Source: a virus (taxonomy: Duplodnaviria > Caudoviricetes). From it: a stretch of DNA of 64,000 bases. A model generated the notes under the pieces. The model was not told the origin of the DNA. It searched no databases and was given only the letters and a program-made list of their open reading frames with translations. The stretch is taken from IMG/VR virus record IMGVR_UViG_3300042275_000327, positions 64,001-128,000 of that record, one strand, 5' to 3'. How positions within the stretch are numbered: position 1 is the first letter of the stretch; every line of letters begins with the position of its first letter. Positions 46,565 to 55,940 of this stretch are shown piece after piece. A program made the translations under genes and the position numbers.

Positions 46565-47596
46565 GTGTATAGTTTTAATGGAATAAATGAAGCTTTGGTA
46601 GTGATGTCTAAAGAGGTTTTAGAAAAAGGAGTGTTCAGAAAGACTCCAGGATTTCAGGCAGAAAACTCTAATAGATGTTTGGAGCTTCCTTTTCCTATAA
46701 TCATTGAAATGAATCATCCTGAGGCAAGGAAAGTAAAAATTCCAGAAAGAAAATGGAATTCTACTTTACCATATGCTGAATCTTTGTGGTTAGCATTAGG
46801 ATGGAATAGTTTGGATGATCTTCCTGGAAAATATGTAAAGAGTCTTTATAACTTTTCTGATGATGGACATTACTGGAGGGCAGGTTATGGTCCCAGGATT
46901 CGTCACTATAATGGTCTCACTGAGCAGTATTCAATTGGAGTATTTGGAAATTTCTATGATTGGGTACCAGAAGTAGATCAATTGAAGTATGTGTATGAAA
47001 CATTAAAGAAAGATCCAAATTCTAGACAAGCTCTTATTACTATTCATGATCCCATGAAAGATTCCAAAATAGATCTTGTTACTAAAGATCAGCCTTGTAC
47101 TAGATCTCTTCATTTTATGGTTGTAGAAGATAAGCTAAATCTTTATACCACAATGAGATCAAACGATCTCCTTTGGGGATTTTCCGCTGTGAACAATTTC
47201 AATTTTACTTTTATGCTAGAATATATGAGTAAACTTTTGAATATTCCTATGGGAAAGTATTATCATATTGCTCATAATTTTCATATCTATGAGGATTTCA
47301 TAGAAAAGGTTAGAAAAATTTCAGAGTTTTCAATTGAAGAAGCAATAGAAATGGATTCAAGACAATTTAAAGAAGTTGTTCCATTCAAAGAAGGTTATAC
47401 ATTAAAAGATTTTGATAAAGATATTATCAAAGTGTTTACAACACAAGATATGTTCTTTATAAGACCAGAGAGCATAGAAAAGAGATATCAGAGTTTTCTT
47501 GATGAAGGAAGAGATAAATTCTTCAATGATTGGCTAACTGTATTTTATAAATATCACATAAGAAAGAGGAACAAAAATGAACAAAAATCTAACTAG
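46565..47596 (+). CDS. Thymidylate-synthase-fold enzyme, probably dUMP hydroxymethylase
   Basis: YGPR, SRQA, PCT, MRSND..WG....N (Asn implies dUMP specificity), FHIY; start revised to GTG 46565 after AGGAG. Confidence 0.75.
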   Translation: MYSFNGINEALVVMSKEVLEKGVFRKTPGFQAENSNRCLELPFPIIIEMNHPEARKVKIPERKWNSTLPYAESLWLALGWNSLDDLPGKYVKSLYNFSDDGHYWRAGYGPRIRHYNGLTEQYSIGVFGNFYDWVPEVDQLKYVYETLKKDPNSRQALITIHDPMKDSKIDLVTKDQPCTRSLHFMVVEDKLNLYTTMRSNDLLWGFSAVNNFNFTFMLEYMSKLLNIPMGKYYHIAHNFHIYEDFIEKVRKISEFSIEEAIEMDSRQFKEVVPFKEGYTLKDFDKDIIKVFTTQDMFFIRPESIEKRYQSFLDEGRDKFFNDWLTVFYKYHIRKRNKNEQKSN

Positions 47597-48137
47597 ACAA
47601 ATTCTTCATCATCGTAAGATGTTGAACGTTCAAAGAATGTCAGGATCTCCAAAGATCAGAAGTTATAATTTAGCTGAGCATAGCTATTTTGTAGCTACAA
47701 TGTTTGAAGAATTTGCAAGAGAAGAACAACTAGAATATACTACAGATACATTGTATGTAATTCTCAGGCATGATATTATGGAGGTATTCACAGCAGATCT
47801 TCCTTATCCTGTTAAGAATTTTAATGAGAAAACAAAAGAGGCTTGGGAACTTATTGAAAGAGAAGTCTATGAAGGTGGTAAAGAAAGGTTTATCACTATG
47901 ATGACTGATGAAGAGATAAAATCTAGACTTACTGAAAAACAATTCATCTTGATGAAATCTTGTGATATTCTGGATTTGTATCTTTTCTGCTTAGAAGAAA
48001 GGCAGCTAGGGAATCATTCTCAACCTATCCTTAAGATTATCAATAATTGTGAAGATATTTTAAATTATTGGAATGTTCCAAGTATACTGTATGTAATAGA
48101 AGATTTGAAAAAAGGAATACAAGGAGAAGATGAGTGA
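47577..48137 (+). CDS. HD-domain 5'-deoxynucleotidase (YfbR-like)
   Basis: R...NLAEHS, HD..E..T.D.P.PVK, K.CD. Confidence 0.8.
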   Translation: MNKNLTRQILHHRKMLNVQRMSGSPKIRSYNLAEHSYFVATMFEEFAREEQLEYTTDTLYVILRHDIMEVFTADLPYPVKNFNEKTKEAWELIEREVYEGGKERFITMMTDEEIKSRLTEKQFILMKSCDILDLYLFCLEERQLGNHSQPILKIINNCEDILNYWNVPSILYVIEDLKKGIQGEDE

Positions 48138-48532
48138 GAGCAATTACAACAGAAGAATTTGAAAAATATATTGATGAAATCTTCAGTGAAATGAAGAAGA
48201 TACTTATAGAGAAAAATAGGTCTTACGGTTCTGCTTCATTTGAAGGAGACAATCTTGCTATACTAGGAAATTATTTCAGACTCACAGACAAGATCAATAG
48301 ATACAAAAAGTTGATGCAAAACTATATTTCTTCAGGTGCTCTGGGATCAGAAATTGGAGAGACTGTTCAAGATACAGTGAGAGACATCTTTGGCTATGCA
48401 ACTATTGGATTGACAATTCTTGAATTGATGAATGAGCAAGAGGAATCTTTTCCTGGAGAAAATCTTAGGAAAGAAGGATTTGATCTAGAATATTATCCTT
48501 TTGGGTATGATAGTAAAAAGGATTGTGAATGA
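48134..48532 (+). CDS. DUF1599/nucleotide-modification-associated domain protein
   Basis: KNRSYG, RLTDKINR, E...DT..D..GY. Confidence 0.75.
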   Translation: MRAITTEEFEKYIDEIFSEMKKILIEKNRSYGSASFEGDNLAILGNYFRLTDKINRYKKLMQNYISSGALGSEIGETVQDTVRDIFGYATIGLTILELMNEQEESFPGENLRKEGFDLEYYPFGYDSKKDCE

Positions 48533-49092
48533 GTCATGTAGCAGTTTCAGGTGTTCATGGAATTGGAAAAACTACTCTAGTCAAGGAATTGACTAGAGTA
48601 GACAATAGTTTATTCTTAGAAGAACAAGCAAGAAAACTTCTTGACACAAAATATTATTTCAAGGATGTAAATTCTAATTTATCTGTATTCATGGATTTTC
48701 AGAATGAAGTCCTAGATAATCAGATTGAGCTTTTGTTGAGATTCAAGAATGATAGATTTGTTACTGATAGAACACCAATAGATTCTCTTGCTTATGTAAC
48801 AGAAAGACTAGGAGCAGAGAGATATCTGTACTCTTATTTCTATGAGTCCTATATAAAAAGAATAAAAGATATTCTATCGGAAATTGATTTTGATACTATC
48901 TATTTTTTGAATTTTGATGTGGAGTATGAATGCTTCTGGAAGAACAAAGAAGATAGCCAAAGAAATTTGTCTCCTATGTATATGTTTTCATTGAATGAGA
49001 TCATGATGAACTCCTATGTTAATACCTTCAATATTCCAATTAAGATTATTGAATCAAATCTCTCATTAGAAGAAAGGAAGAAATATCTATGA
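48529..49092 (+). CDS. P-loop nucleotide kinase (AAA_28/dNMP-kinase-like)
   Basis: GVHGIGKTT, E.AR, DRTPID..AY. Confidence 0.75.
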   Translation: MSHVAVSGVHGIGKTTLVKELTRVDNSLFLEEQARKLLDTKYYFKDVNSNLSVFMDFQNEVLDNQIELLLRFKNDRFVTDRTPIDSLAYVTERLGAERYLYSYFYESYIKRIKDILSEIDFDTIYFLNFDVEYECFWKNKEDSQRNLSPMYMFSLNEIMMNSYVNTFNIPIKIIESNLSLEERKKYL

Positions 49093-50504
49093 AAAAAATT
49101 GCATATGTAGTTCATGCTGGTGACACTAATGGTGGATTCCCACAGCATTCTGAAATAATAATTAAGACTTTAAAAGAGCTAGGAAATATTGTAGATTTTT
49201 ATTATCTCCAGTATAGATCTAGTCCTTCAAAGAGAATAGAAGAAAAGATAGAGATTCTTAATTCCACAAATGGAGTTGGAAATAAGGATGGAAAGACTAT
49301 TCTTTTTGATAAAGGTGAAGGAACCGGATTATGGTTTGAACCAGAGTCAGGATGGGTTCATAATGGATTTTGCTATAAAGAAAAAGAACAAAAAATTCAA
49401 TTCAGAAATAAAATGGAAGAATATGATGGAGTTTTTTGGCATACACCATTTTGGTTTAAACAAAATTCAACATTAAAAGATACAGATTGGCCAATCATGC
49501 TTGATGCAAAAAATCCAGTTCAAGTGGGTATGGTTCATGATGCTAACCTTAGATCAAATTGTGCTTGGATTCATTTTATTGAAGAGAAATTTGATTATAT
49601 TCTTACAGTTCATCCAGCATCATATAATTCTGCTTCTGTTCTTAGAACTCCGAGAGTTATGATTTTTAATCCACAGGATCTATCTATGATAGATAGAAAT
49701 AGATCTGGATATGATTCTTTCAATGATCCAACTCTATTTATTCTTCAAAACTGGAAATCCTCAAAGAGAGGTGCAGATTTTATACGTGCTATTCCTTATT
49801 TGAATGACTCAATAAAGTCATATATTGGAGGAGGTGGTATAGAATGGCGTTATATGAATTCTGAAGAAAAATGTAAAAGTATCTACTATTCTTCTGAATT
49901 ATCAGATCCAAATCGTTCTGATTTATGGAATAAGAGAATAATTGATAACGCTAAAACTCATCCTGGATTTGAATACCTTGGTTGGATTACAGAGAAAACA
50001 AGAGATGAGATCCTTTCTAGGACTTCTTTCTTTATTGATCCTGCATGGTATAAAATAAATTATACTCTTGGAGCTCATTTTTCGAGAACTCTTATAGAAG
50101 CAATGAAATTTGGTGTTGTCCCAATTGCAAGAGGACTTGGGCTTTCTAATAATGATGAAGGAAAAGGAGATGTTTTTAATTCAGGAATTAATTATATTAA
50201 TGTACCTTCTAATTCTTCTCCCGAAGAATTTGCCAATATAATAGAAGATTCATTAAAAATGTCAGAGAATGAGTACAATAAAATTGTAAATAACAACTAT
50301 GAAATTCTCAAGAATTTTGATAGATTTAATGTTGCAAAAGAATATCTAAAATTACTAGATGGAGAACCCTGTGGATGGTACAACAAATTTGAAGTAGGAA
50401 ATCCTACCTATGATTTTATTCAGAAGGCAAATAGTCAATGGTATGGAACTGGGGATAAGAGAACTTTTTTCTTTAAGGAAAAGAGAAAGAAAGTTTTATT
50501 TTAG
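49089..50504 (+). CDS. GT-B (GT4-like) glycosyltransferase
   Basis: N-terminal GG, K..KR, FSRTLIEAMKFGVVPI. Confidence 0.7.
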   Translation: MKKIAYVVHAGDTNGGFPQHSEIIIKTLKELGNIVDFYYLQYRSSPSKRIEEKIEILNSTNGVGNKDGKTILFDKGEGTGLWFEPESGWVHNGFCYKEKEQKIQFRNKMEEYDGVFWHTPFWFKQNSTLKDTDWPIMLDAKNPVQVGMVHDANLRSNCAWIHFIEEKFDYILTVHPASYNSASVLRTPRVMIFNPQDLSMIDRNRSGYDSFNDPTLFILQNWKSSKRGADFIRAIPYLNDSIKSYIGGGGIEWRYMNSEEKCKSIYYSSELSDPNRSDLWNKRIIDNAKTHPGFEYLGWITEKTRDEILSRTSFFIDPAWYKINYTLGAHFSRTLIEAMKFGVVPIARGLGLSNNDEGKGDVFNSGINYINVPSNSSPEEFANIIEDSLKMSENEYNKIVNNNYEILKNFDRFNVAKEYLKLLDGEPCGWYNKFEVGNPTYDFIQKANSQWYGTGDKRTFFFKEKRKKVLF

Positions 50505-50512
50505 AGGAATAG

Positions 50513-51574
50513 ATGAACAAAAGAATAGTCTGTGATATTGATGATACAATATGTTTTACAACTAATAGAGATTGGGAAAATGCAACACCAATACCTGCTG
50601 TAATAGAAAAAATTAATTTTCTCTATGAAAATGGTTGGGAGATAATTCTTCAAACTGCTCGTGGTCAGGTTTCTTGTAATGGAGATTCAAAGAAGGCTGA
50701 AGAAAAATATGGTGATATTATCAGAACTTGGTTAAAAGAGCATAATGTAAAATATCATATTCTTTCTTTTCAAAAATATCTTGCTTCTTATTACATAGAT
50801 GATAAATCATTAAGACCAGATGAATTTTCAAAACTAAAGATAGAGCTACTAAAAGAGGGAAGATCTGGAGCTCGAGTTGAAAGACATGGAGATAGAGTAT
50901 ATAAAACCTTTATAGAAAGAGATAAAGCTCTTCTGGAAGCTTCTTGGTATAACCAGGCAGAGGGATTAGTTCCTATCCCAAAATTATTTAGTGTGATTGA
51001 TAAAACAATATGTATTGAATATATTGAAAATGTAGAATTATCATATCCTAGTATTAGTTTTATTAAGGAGTGCTTAGATACATTTTCTATGACTGACTCT
51101 TCTGATACAGAAAAATTTTCTTCCTATATAGACAGAATCAATAGGGATCATTCTAATTCTTTACAATCTATTTTTAATAAAAATAAATTGGAAGATCTAT
51201 TTCAGATATCCAAAGAAGATATTCTGATACTAGATAAAAATTTAAGTTTTTGTCATGGTGATTTTTCTATTGAAAATATTCTTATTACTCCTGCTAGAGA
51301 CTATGTTCTCATAGATCCAATTTATAAGAAAAATATTTATTCAAGTTGGCTTCTTGATGCATCTAAGATGCTTTTATCATTAAGAAAATATGGAAGGAAT
51401 ACATTGTATTCAAATCTATTTAATTTTATATCTTTAAAGTCAGGATTAAGTAGAAAAACTATTCTATTTTTGGAATTTTGTCACTGGATAAGAATTTATA
51501 AATATGCAACTCTTGAAGAAAAAGATATGATAACTAAAAATATTTTGGAGGTTTTTAATGCTTTCAAAGATTAA
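50513..51574 (+). CDS. HAD phosphatase fused to APH/choline-kinase-like phosphotransferase
   Basis: DIDDT, TARG, YIDDK; G.SGA, HGDFSIENI, LIDP. Confidence 0.8.
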   Translation: MNKRIVCDIDDTICFTTNRDWENATPIPAVIEKINFLYENGWEIILQTARGQVSCNGDSKKAEEKYGDIIRTWLKEHNVKYHILSFQKYLASYYIDDKSLRPDEFSKLKIELLKEGRSGARVERHGDRVYKTFIERDKALLEASWYNQAEGLVPIPKLFSVIDKTICIEYIENVELSYPSISFIKECLDTFSMTDSSDTEKFSSYIDRINRDHSNSLQSIFNKNKLEDLFQISKEDILILDKNLSFCHGDFSIENILITPARDYVLIDPIYKKNIYSSWLLDASKMLLSLRKYGRNTLYSNLFNFISLKSGLSRKTILFLEFCHWIRIYKYATLEEKDMITKNILEVFNAFKD

Positions 51575-52061
51575 AGAACTTAAAAAAGAAGGAAAGAAGA
51601 TAGGGTTCACCTGCTCTTCTTTTGATCTATTACATGCAGGTCATGTCTTAATGCTGGCAGAATCTAAAGCTAATTGTGATTTTCTAGTTGTTGGATTATT
51701 GTCTGACCCAACAAATGATAGACCATTAACAAAAAATAAACCAATCCAATCCTTGATGGAAAGATGGATTCAACTACAATCTGTAAGTTATGTAGATCTT
51801 ATAATCCCATTTGATTCTGAGAAAGATCTTTATGATTTACTCCTTCTTCTTCAACCAGATATACGATTTGTTGGAGAGGAGTATAAAGGAAAAAACTTTA
51901 CAGGAAGTGATTTACAGAAAATTGAAATCTTTTTTAATTGTAGAAAGCATTCTTTTAGTTCTTCAGACTTAAAGAAAAGAATAAAAGAAACAGATATCAA
52001 AGAAGTTTCAGAAGAAGAAAAAGTAGAGGAATTAGAAAAATGCAATATAAAGTTGCAATAA
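51558..52061 (+). CDS. Cytidylyltransferase (TagD/RfaE-like)
   Basis: FDLLHAGH, NKPIQ..ER, R.H.FSSS. Confidence 0.88.
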   Translation: MLSKIKELKKEGKKIGFTCSSFDLLHAGHVLMLAESKANCDFLVVGLLSDPTNDRPLTKNKPIQSLMERWIQLQSVSYVDLIIPFDSEKDLYDLLLLLQPDIRFVGEEYKGKNFTGSDLQKIEIFFNCRKHSFSSSDLKKRIKETDIKEVSEEEKVEELEKCNIKLQ

Positions 52062-52930
52062 GATCCTACAATAGATCAAATATTCTAAAAGAATGTACAT
52101 TATCATTATTAAAAAAATATAATTTTGAAGAATCCAAAATTTTCATTTTTGTAGGTGATATGAATCAACTGGAGGAATATCAAAAAGTAATAAAAGGATC
52201 ATATAATTTTGTTGTTGGAAAAGTTGGAATAGCAAATATTGATAACTTCATAACAGATTATTTTGATGAAGGTGAAAGAGTTATATGCTTAGATGATGAT
52301 ATCACAGGATTATTTGAAGTAGAAAAATATAAAGATCCAAAATCAAAAAGAGAAATTGTATCCATAGAAGAATATTTTGAGTATGGCTTTAATTCTTTAG
52401 ATAAATTAGGATTATACTGCTTTTCAATTAATGTTATAAGTAACTATCTTTTTCTTTCTAATTATCCTTTTGTTACTATTGGACCTCAAATGGTTCCTGG
52501 TTGTTGCTATGGAATAATAAATAGAAAGGATATAAGAATTACTTATAACCATTTGGATGATTCACAGAGAACTGCTCTTATACTTGAAAAAGACCAAAGT
52601 ATTTTGAAATTTACAAGAGCTACTTTAAAAGTGGATTATGGAAAGCTATCTGGTGGATTACAAAGCTCAGATATGAGAGGATCTAATTCTTTAGATAGAA
52701 AAAATAAGACATTAAGAATATGTGAAGAATTTAAGAAAGAAGAATTTGGAAAATTCTTTAAAGAACCAAAATTTGATGATAAATATAATCTATATCATAT
52801 AAGTCTTAATTCAATGTCATTTTTTAAGAAAAATTATGGTTGGAAAAGTCAGAAGTATTTTGAGTATTTTGAAAATATAGAAGAGGAAAGAGGGATTGAA
52901 AAACAAACAAAAAGATGTTCTCTATTCTAA
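52040..52930 (+). CDS. GT-A glycosyltransferase of the TET/JBP-associated (GREB1/J-glucosyltransferase-like) type
   Basis: VAIRSYNR, LDDDI, DD.QR, GGLQ. Confidence 0.65.
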   Translation: MQYKVAIRSYNRSNILKECTLSLLKKYNFEESKIFIFVGDMNQLEEYQKVIKGSYNFVVGKVGIANIDNFITDYFDEGERVICLDDDITGLFEVEKYKDPKSKREIVSIEEYFEYGFNSLDKLGLYCFSINVISNYLFLSNYPFVTIGPQMVPGCCYGIINRKDIRITYNHLDDSQRTALILEKDQSILKFTRATLKVDYGKLSGGLQSSDMRGSNSLDRKNKTLRICEEFKKEEFGKFFKEPKFDDKYNLYHISLNSMSFFKKNYGWKSQKYFEYFENIEEERGIEKQTKRCSLF

Positions 52931-53948
52931 TGTATCTGAAGAAAATATAAAATCAAGAGCTCCTATTTTTGATGAAAAGAATCTTTCTCTCCTATTTCAT
53001 TGGATAGAAGAAAGATATAAAATTCATAAAAAGAAAGATGTTCTAAAATTGGATTCTCCTTGGACAGATGATAAAATTCTTCAAGATTATAGATTTACAA
53101 ATGTTAGAAGAGAACACGACAGAGAAACAAAATGGTACATAGAACATATTGCTAAAAATAGCTCTTTGTCTATTGAAGACAAGATTTACAATACTTTTTT
53201 ATTCAGAGCATGGAATAAATCAAAAACTATGGAGATCCTTGGAGGACCTTGGAACTATCCTGATTTTATGGATAAGGAAAGGTATAGATCTGTAGTAGAA
53301 AGATACTCTACAGATCATCCTGAGTATGTCTGGTATACTGCAGCATTCAATTGTGGTGGATTGAAATCATCACAAAAGTTTCCAGATGGTGAAGGATATG
53401 CAAGAGCTCATAAAGAAGAAAAAGCAAAAATGGAAAAGGATTGGGAACAGTGTATTCCAATTCGTATGTTTCATATTCCTCCCCAGATGGAAAAGAAAGA
53501 TATTGTAAATAGAATTCTTAATTCTAAAGACCAACCTGAGTGTTTCAACATCATTCAGGAAGTCAGAGGATTCTCAACATTTCTTGCATATCAGGTTTTT
53601 GTAGATCTTACATATATAGAAGATTTTCCTTTTAGTGAGAATGAATTTACAGTATGTGGTCCAGGATGTAGAAGAGGAATTGATGAAGTAGTAAAAGACA
53701 GAAATGGATTATCTTATGAAGAGATTATCTTTTGGATTAGAGATAATCAAAAAAGTCTTTTTGAAAGATTTAATATAGATCCTATAGAATTATTTGATGA
53801 TCTTACTATATATGATAGATGTCTGAATGTAATGAGTCTAGAATCCTCATTTTGTGAAATATCAAAATATCTAAAAGCATATTATGAAACAGGAAGACCA
53901 AGGGTTAGATATAGAAGCTCTGAAGATTCTACTAAAAAATTGTTCTAA
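52896..53948 (+). CDS. 5-hmdU DNA kinase-like (aGPT-Pplase family) protein
   Basis: PWTDDKIL..YRFTNVRREHDR, F.AYQV..DL.Y, GPG..RGI, E..FCE..KY. Confidence 0.8.
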   Translation: MKNKQKDVLYSNVSEENIKSRAPIFDEKNLSLLFHWIEERYKIHKKKDVLKLDSPWTDDKILQDYRFTNVRREHDRETKWYIEHIAKNSSLSIEDKIYNTFLFRAWNKSKTMEILGGPWNYPDFMDKERYRSVVERYSTDHPEYVWYTAAFNCGGLKSSQKFPDGEGYARAHKEEKAKMEKDWEQCIPIRMFHIPPQMEKKDIVNRILNSKDQPECFNIIQEVRGFSTFLAYQVFVDLTYIEDFPFSENEFTVCGPGCRRGIDEVVKDRNGLSYEEIIFWIRDNQKSLFERFNIDPIELFDDLTIYDRCLNVMSLESSFCEISKYLKAYYETGRPRVRYRSSEDSTKKLF

Positions 53949-53967
53949 AAAGGAGTATACTCAATAT

Positions 53968-54492
53968 ATGAATATATTTTATTTACATGAAAATCCAACT
54001 CTATCAGCTAAAGCAATGACGAATAAACATATTGTCAAGATGATTATTGAGGCAGCTCAATTGCTGTCTACAGCTCATAGAGTTCTTGATGGTTATCCAG
54101 TCAAAAAAGGAAGATGGACAACCTATCTTCTTGAAGACAAACAAAGAAATGATACTCTCTATAAGTCTACTCATTATAATCATCCATGTGCAGTCTGGGT
54201 AAGAGAGTCCTTTGAGAATTATTACTGGCTATACAAGCATTTTCTTGCTCTATGTCAGGAATATAGAAATCGATATGGAAAGATTCATGAATCAGAAAAC
54301 AAGTTAGGACACATACTTAGAAGATATCCTGAGTCTATGAAAAAGAAAAAGTTTACTCCTCCAGCTCTTGCTATGCCAGAAGAATACAAGGTTGAGGGAG
54401 ATCCTGTTCAGTCATATAGAAATTATTATGAAGCAGAGAAGCTTAAGAATCCAGAAGACATTCAAAGATATAAAGAGGTATTAGGATTATGA
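53968..54492 (+). CDS. Pyrimidine-dimer DNA glycosylase/DenV-related family protein
   Basis: MNIFYL, KHIVKM..E.AQLLS, H.NHPC..W, EY..RYGK.H, AMP..YK; start revised to 53968. Confidence 0.7.
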   Translation: MNIFYLHENPTLSAKAMTNKHIVKMIIEAAQLLSTAHRVLDGYPVKKGRWTTYLLEDKQRNDTLYKSTHYNHPCAVWVRESFENYYWLYKHFLALCQEYRNRYGKIHESENKLGHILRRYPESMKKKKFTPPALAMPEEYKVEGDPVQSYRNYYEAEKLKNPEDIQRYKEVLGL

Positions 54493-55475
54493 TCTATATT
54501 CTAGGAGATACACATATACGAAAAGAAGAGCCTTATTATTCTGCTGTGAATAATGTGTTTAAAGAGATCTATGAAGAGTGTAACGAAGGAGATACTATTA
54601 TTCAATTAGGAGATTTCTTTCACACATACAAGCCATTTCCAAAAGAATATTCTCTTGCCTTCTATTGGATAGAAAAGCTTTCTTCTAAAAATGTAAAATT
54701 GTATATAATGGCAGGAAATAATGCTCATGAATATCATCATCTTCAGAAAACATATGCTATTGATCCTTTAGATAGTTTTGACAATGTGATTCTTATCAAA
54801 GATATTGAGAAGCTTACTGTAGAGAATATCTCATTCTTAGTACTTCCTTGGATTCCTGAAAGTAGAGTGAAATCTTTGAAGCTTGAAGATGTTTGTGTGA
54901 TGTTAAAGAATTATATCAACAATCTTGAGTCTTCTGATATTGACTATTTTCTATATCATTATGAGGATGAGACTGTCTTTATGGGAGGAGAAAATAGAGG
55001 TATCGATTTTTCTTTTGTAGAGTCCATGATTCCTGGAATCAAGAGAATTGGAGGACATATCCATCTTCAAAGTGACAATTATCTAGGAACTCCTTTTCAG
55101 ACAAGATTCGATGAATTAGGACAAGTAGGAAGATATTATACTGTTGAAGATAATTATTTGAAATCTCACGAACTCAAAAACTATGTGAAACATCTTAAGA
55201 TAGACTTTGACTCTGATTGTCCAAAGCTAGAATTTAAAGAGCAGAAGATTGTTGTAAATATTTCTGATGCTCCATCAGTAGATTCTGTCTATGAAAAATT
55301 TAAGGACAGGCATATCTTCATCAATGATATAAAACTGAGGTTTTCAGAAAATAGAACTGAAACTCTTGCTGAAGGAATGGACTCAGAATCCTCCATAAAA
55401 GAGCTGTTGAATGAATATATAACAATCAACAATGTAGACAGAAAGACATCTTCTTATCTTTTAAACCTTTTTTAG
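54489..55475 (+). CDS. SbcD/Mre11/gp47-like nuclease
   Basis: GDTH, LGDFFH, GN..HE, GHIH, GTP. Confidence 0.85.
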   Translation: MIYILGDTHIRKEEPYYSAVNNVFKEIYEECNEGDTIIQLGDFFHTYKPFPKEYSLAFYWIEKLSSKNVKLYIMAGNNAHEYHHLQKTYAIDPLDSFDNVILIKDIEKLTVENISFLVLPWIPESRVKSLKLEDVCVMLKNYINNLESSDIDYFLYHYEDETVFMGGENRGIDFSFVESMIPGIKRIGGHIHLQSDNYLGTPFQTRFDELGQVGRYYTVEDNYLKSHELKNYVKHLKIDFDSDCPKLEFKEQKIVVNISDAPSVDSVYEKFKDRHIFINDIKLRFSENRTETLAEGMDSESSIKELLNEYITINNVDRKTSSYLLNLF

Positions 55476-55517
55476 ATGTCAGGAACTATTTAATTATAGA
55501 ATGGAGAATAAAATTAT

Positions 55518-55934
55518 ATGCCATCACCTTATGTAAAATCACTTTCGAAGGAAACAGGAAAGCCAGAATCTGAAATTGAGAAACTTTGGTCTAAAGCAAA
55601 AGATATCACTTCTGACACTTTCAATAAGAAAGAAAAAGATTTTGAAGATAAAGAATATTCTTATACAGTTGGAATAGTGAAAAATATGCTTGGTATCAAA
55701 GAGGAACTTTTAGATCCTTCAAAATTTCTAAATTCTGATCTTTCAGCTAGAGAATTTATAGAGACTGTTACAAGTTCATCATTTCCTTCTTTAGACAAGA
55801 ATCTTATTCCTCCTGAAGAAGATGAAGAAGAACCAGAGGAAGAACTAAAAATCACAAAAGAGAAAAAGATAGAAGTTGAATCCATTTCAGATGATGAATG
55901 GGGAACAGCTCTAGACAAAATTTTAGGAGTATAG
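55518..55934 (+). CDS. Probable virion/prohead protein
   Basis: MP...KS..KETGK...E.EKLW.KAK pattern seen in phage virion proteins; AACTATT at 55484-55490. Confidence 0.5.
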   Translation: MPSPYVKSLSKETGKPESEIEKLWSKAKDITSDTFNKKEKDFEDKEYSYTVGIVKNMLGIKEELLDPSKFLNSDLSAREFIETVTSSSFPSLDKNLIPPEEDEEEPEEELKITKEKKIEVESISDDEWGTALDKILGV

Positions 55935-55940
55935 ATTAAT

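Noticed and set aside
46565-47596. dCMP hydroxymethylase (T4-type hmC pathway)
   Set aside because: Asn rather than Asp at the specificity position, plus linkage to a 5-hmdU kinase-like gene, favours a dUMP substrate
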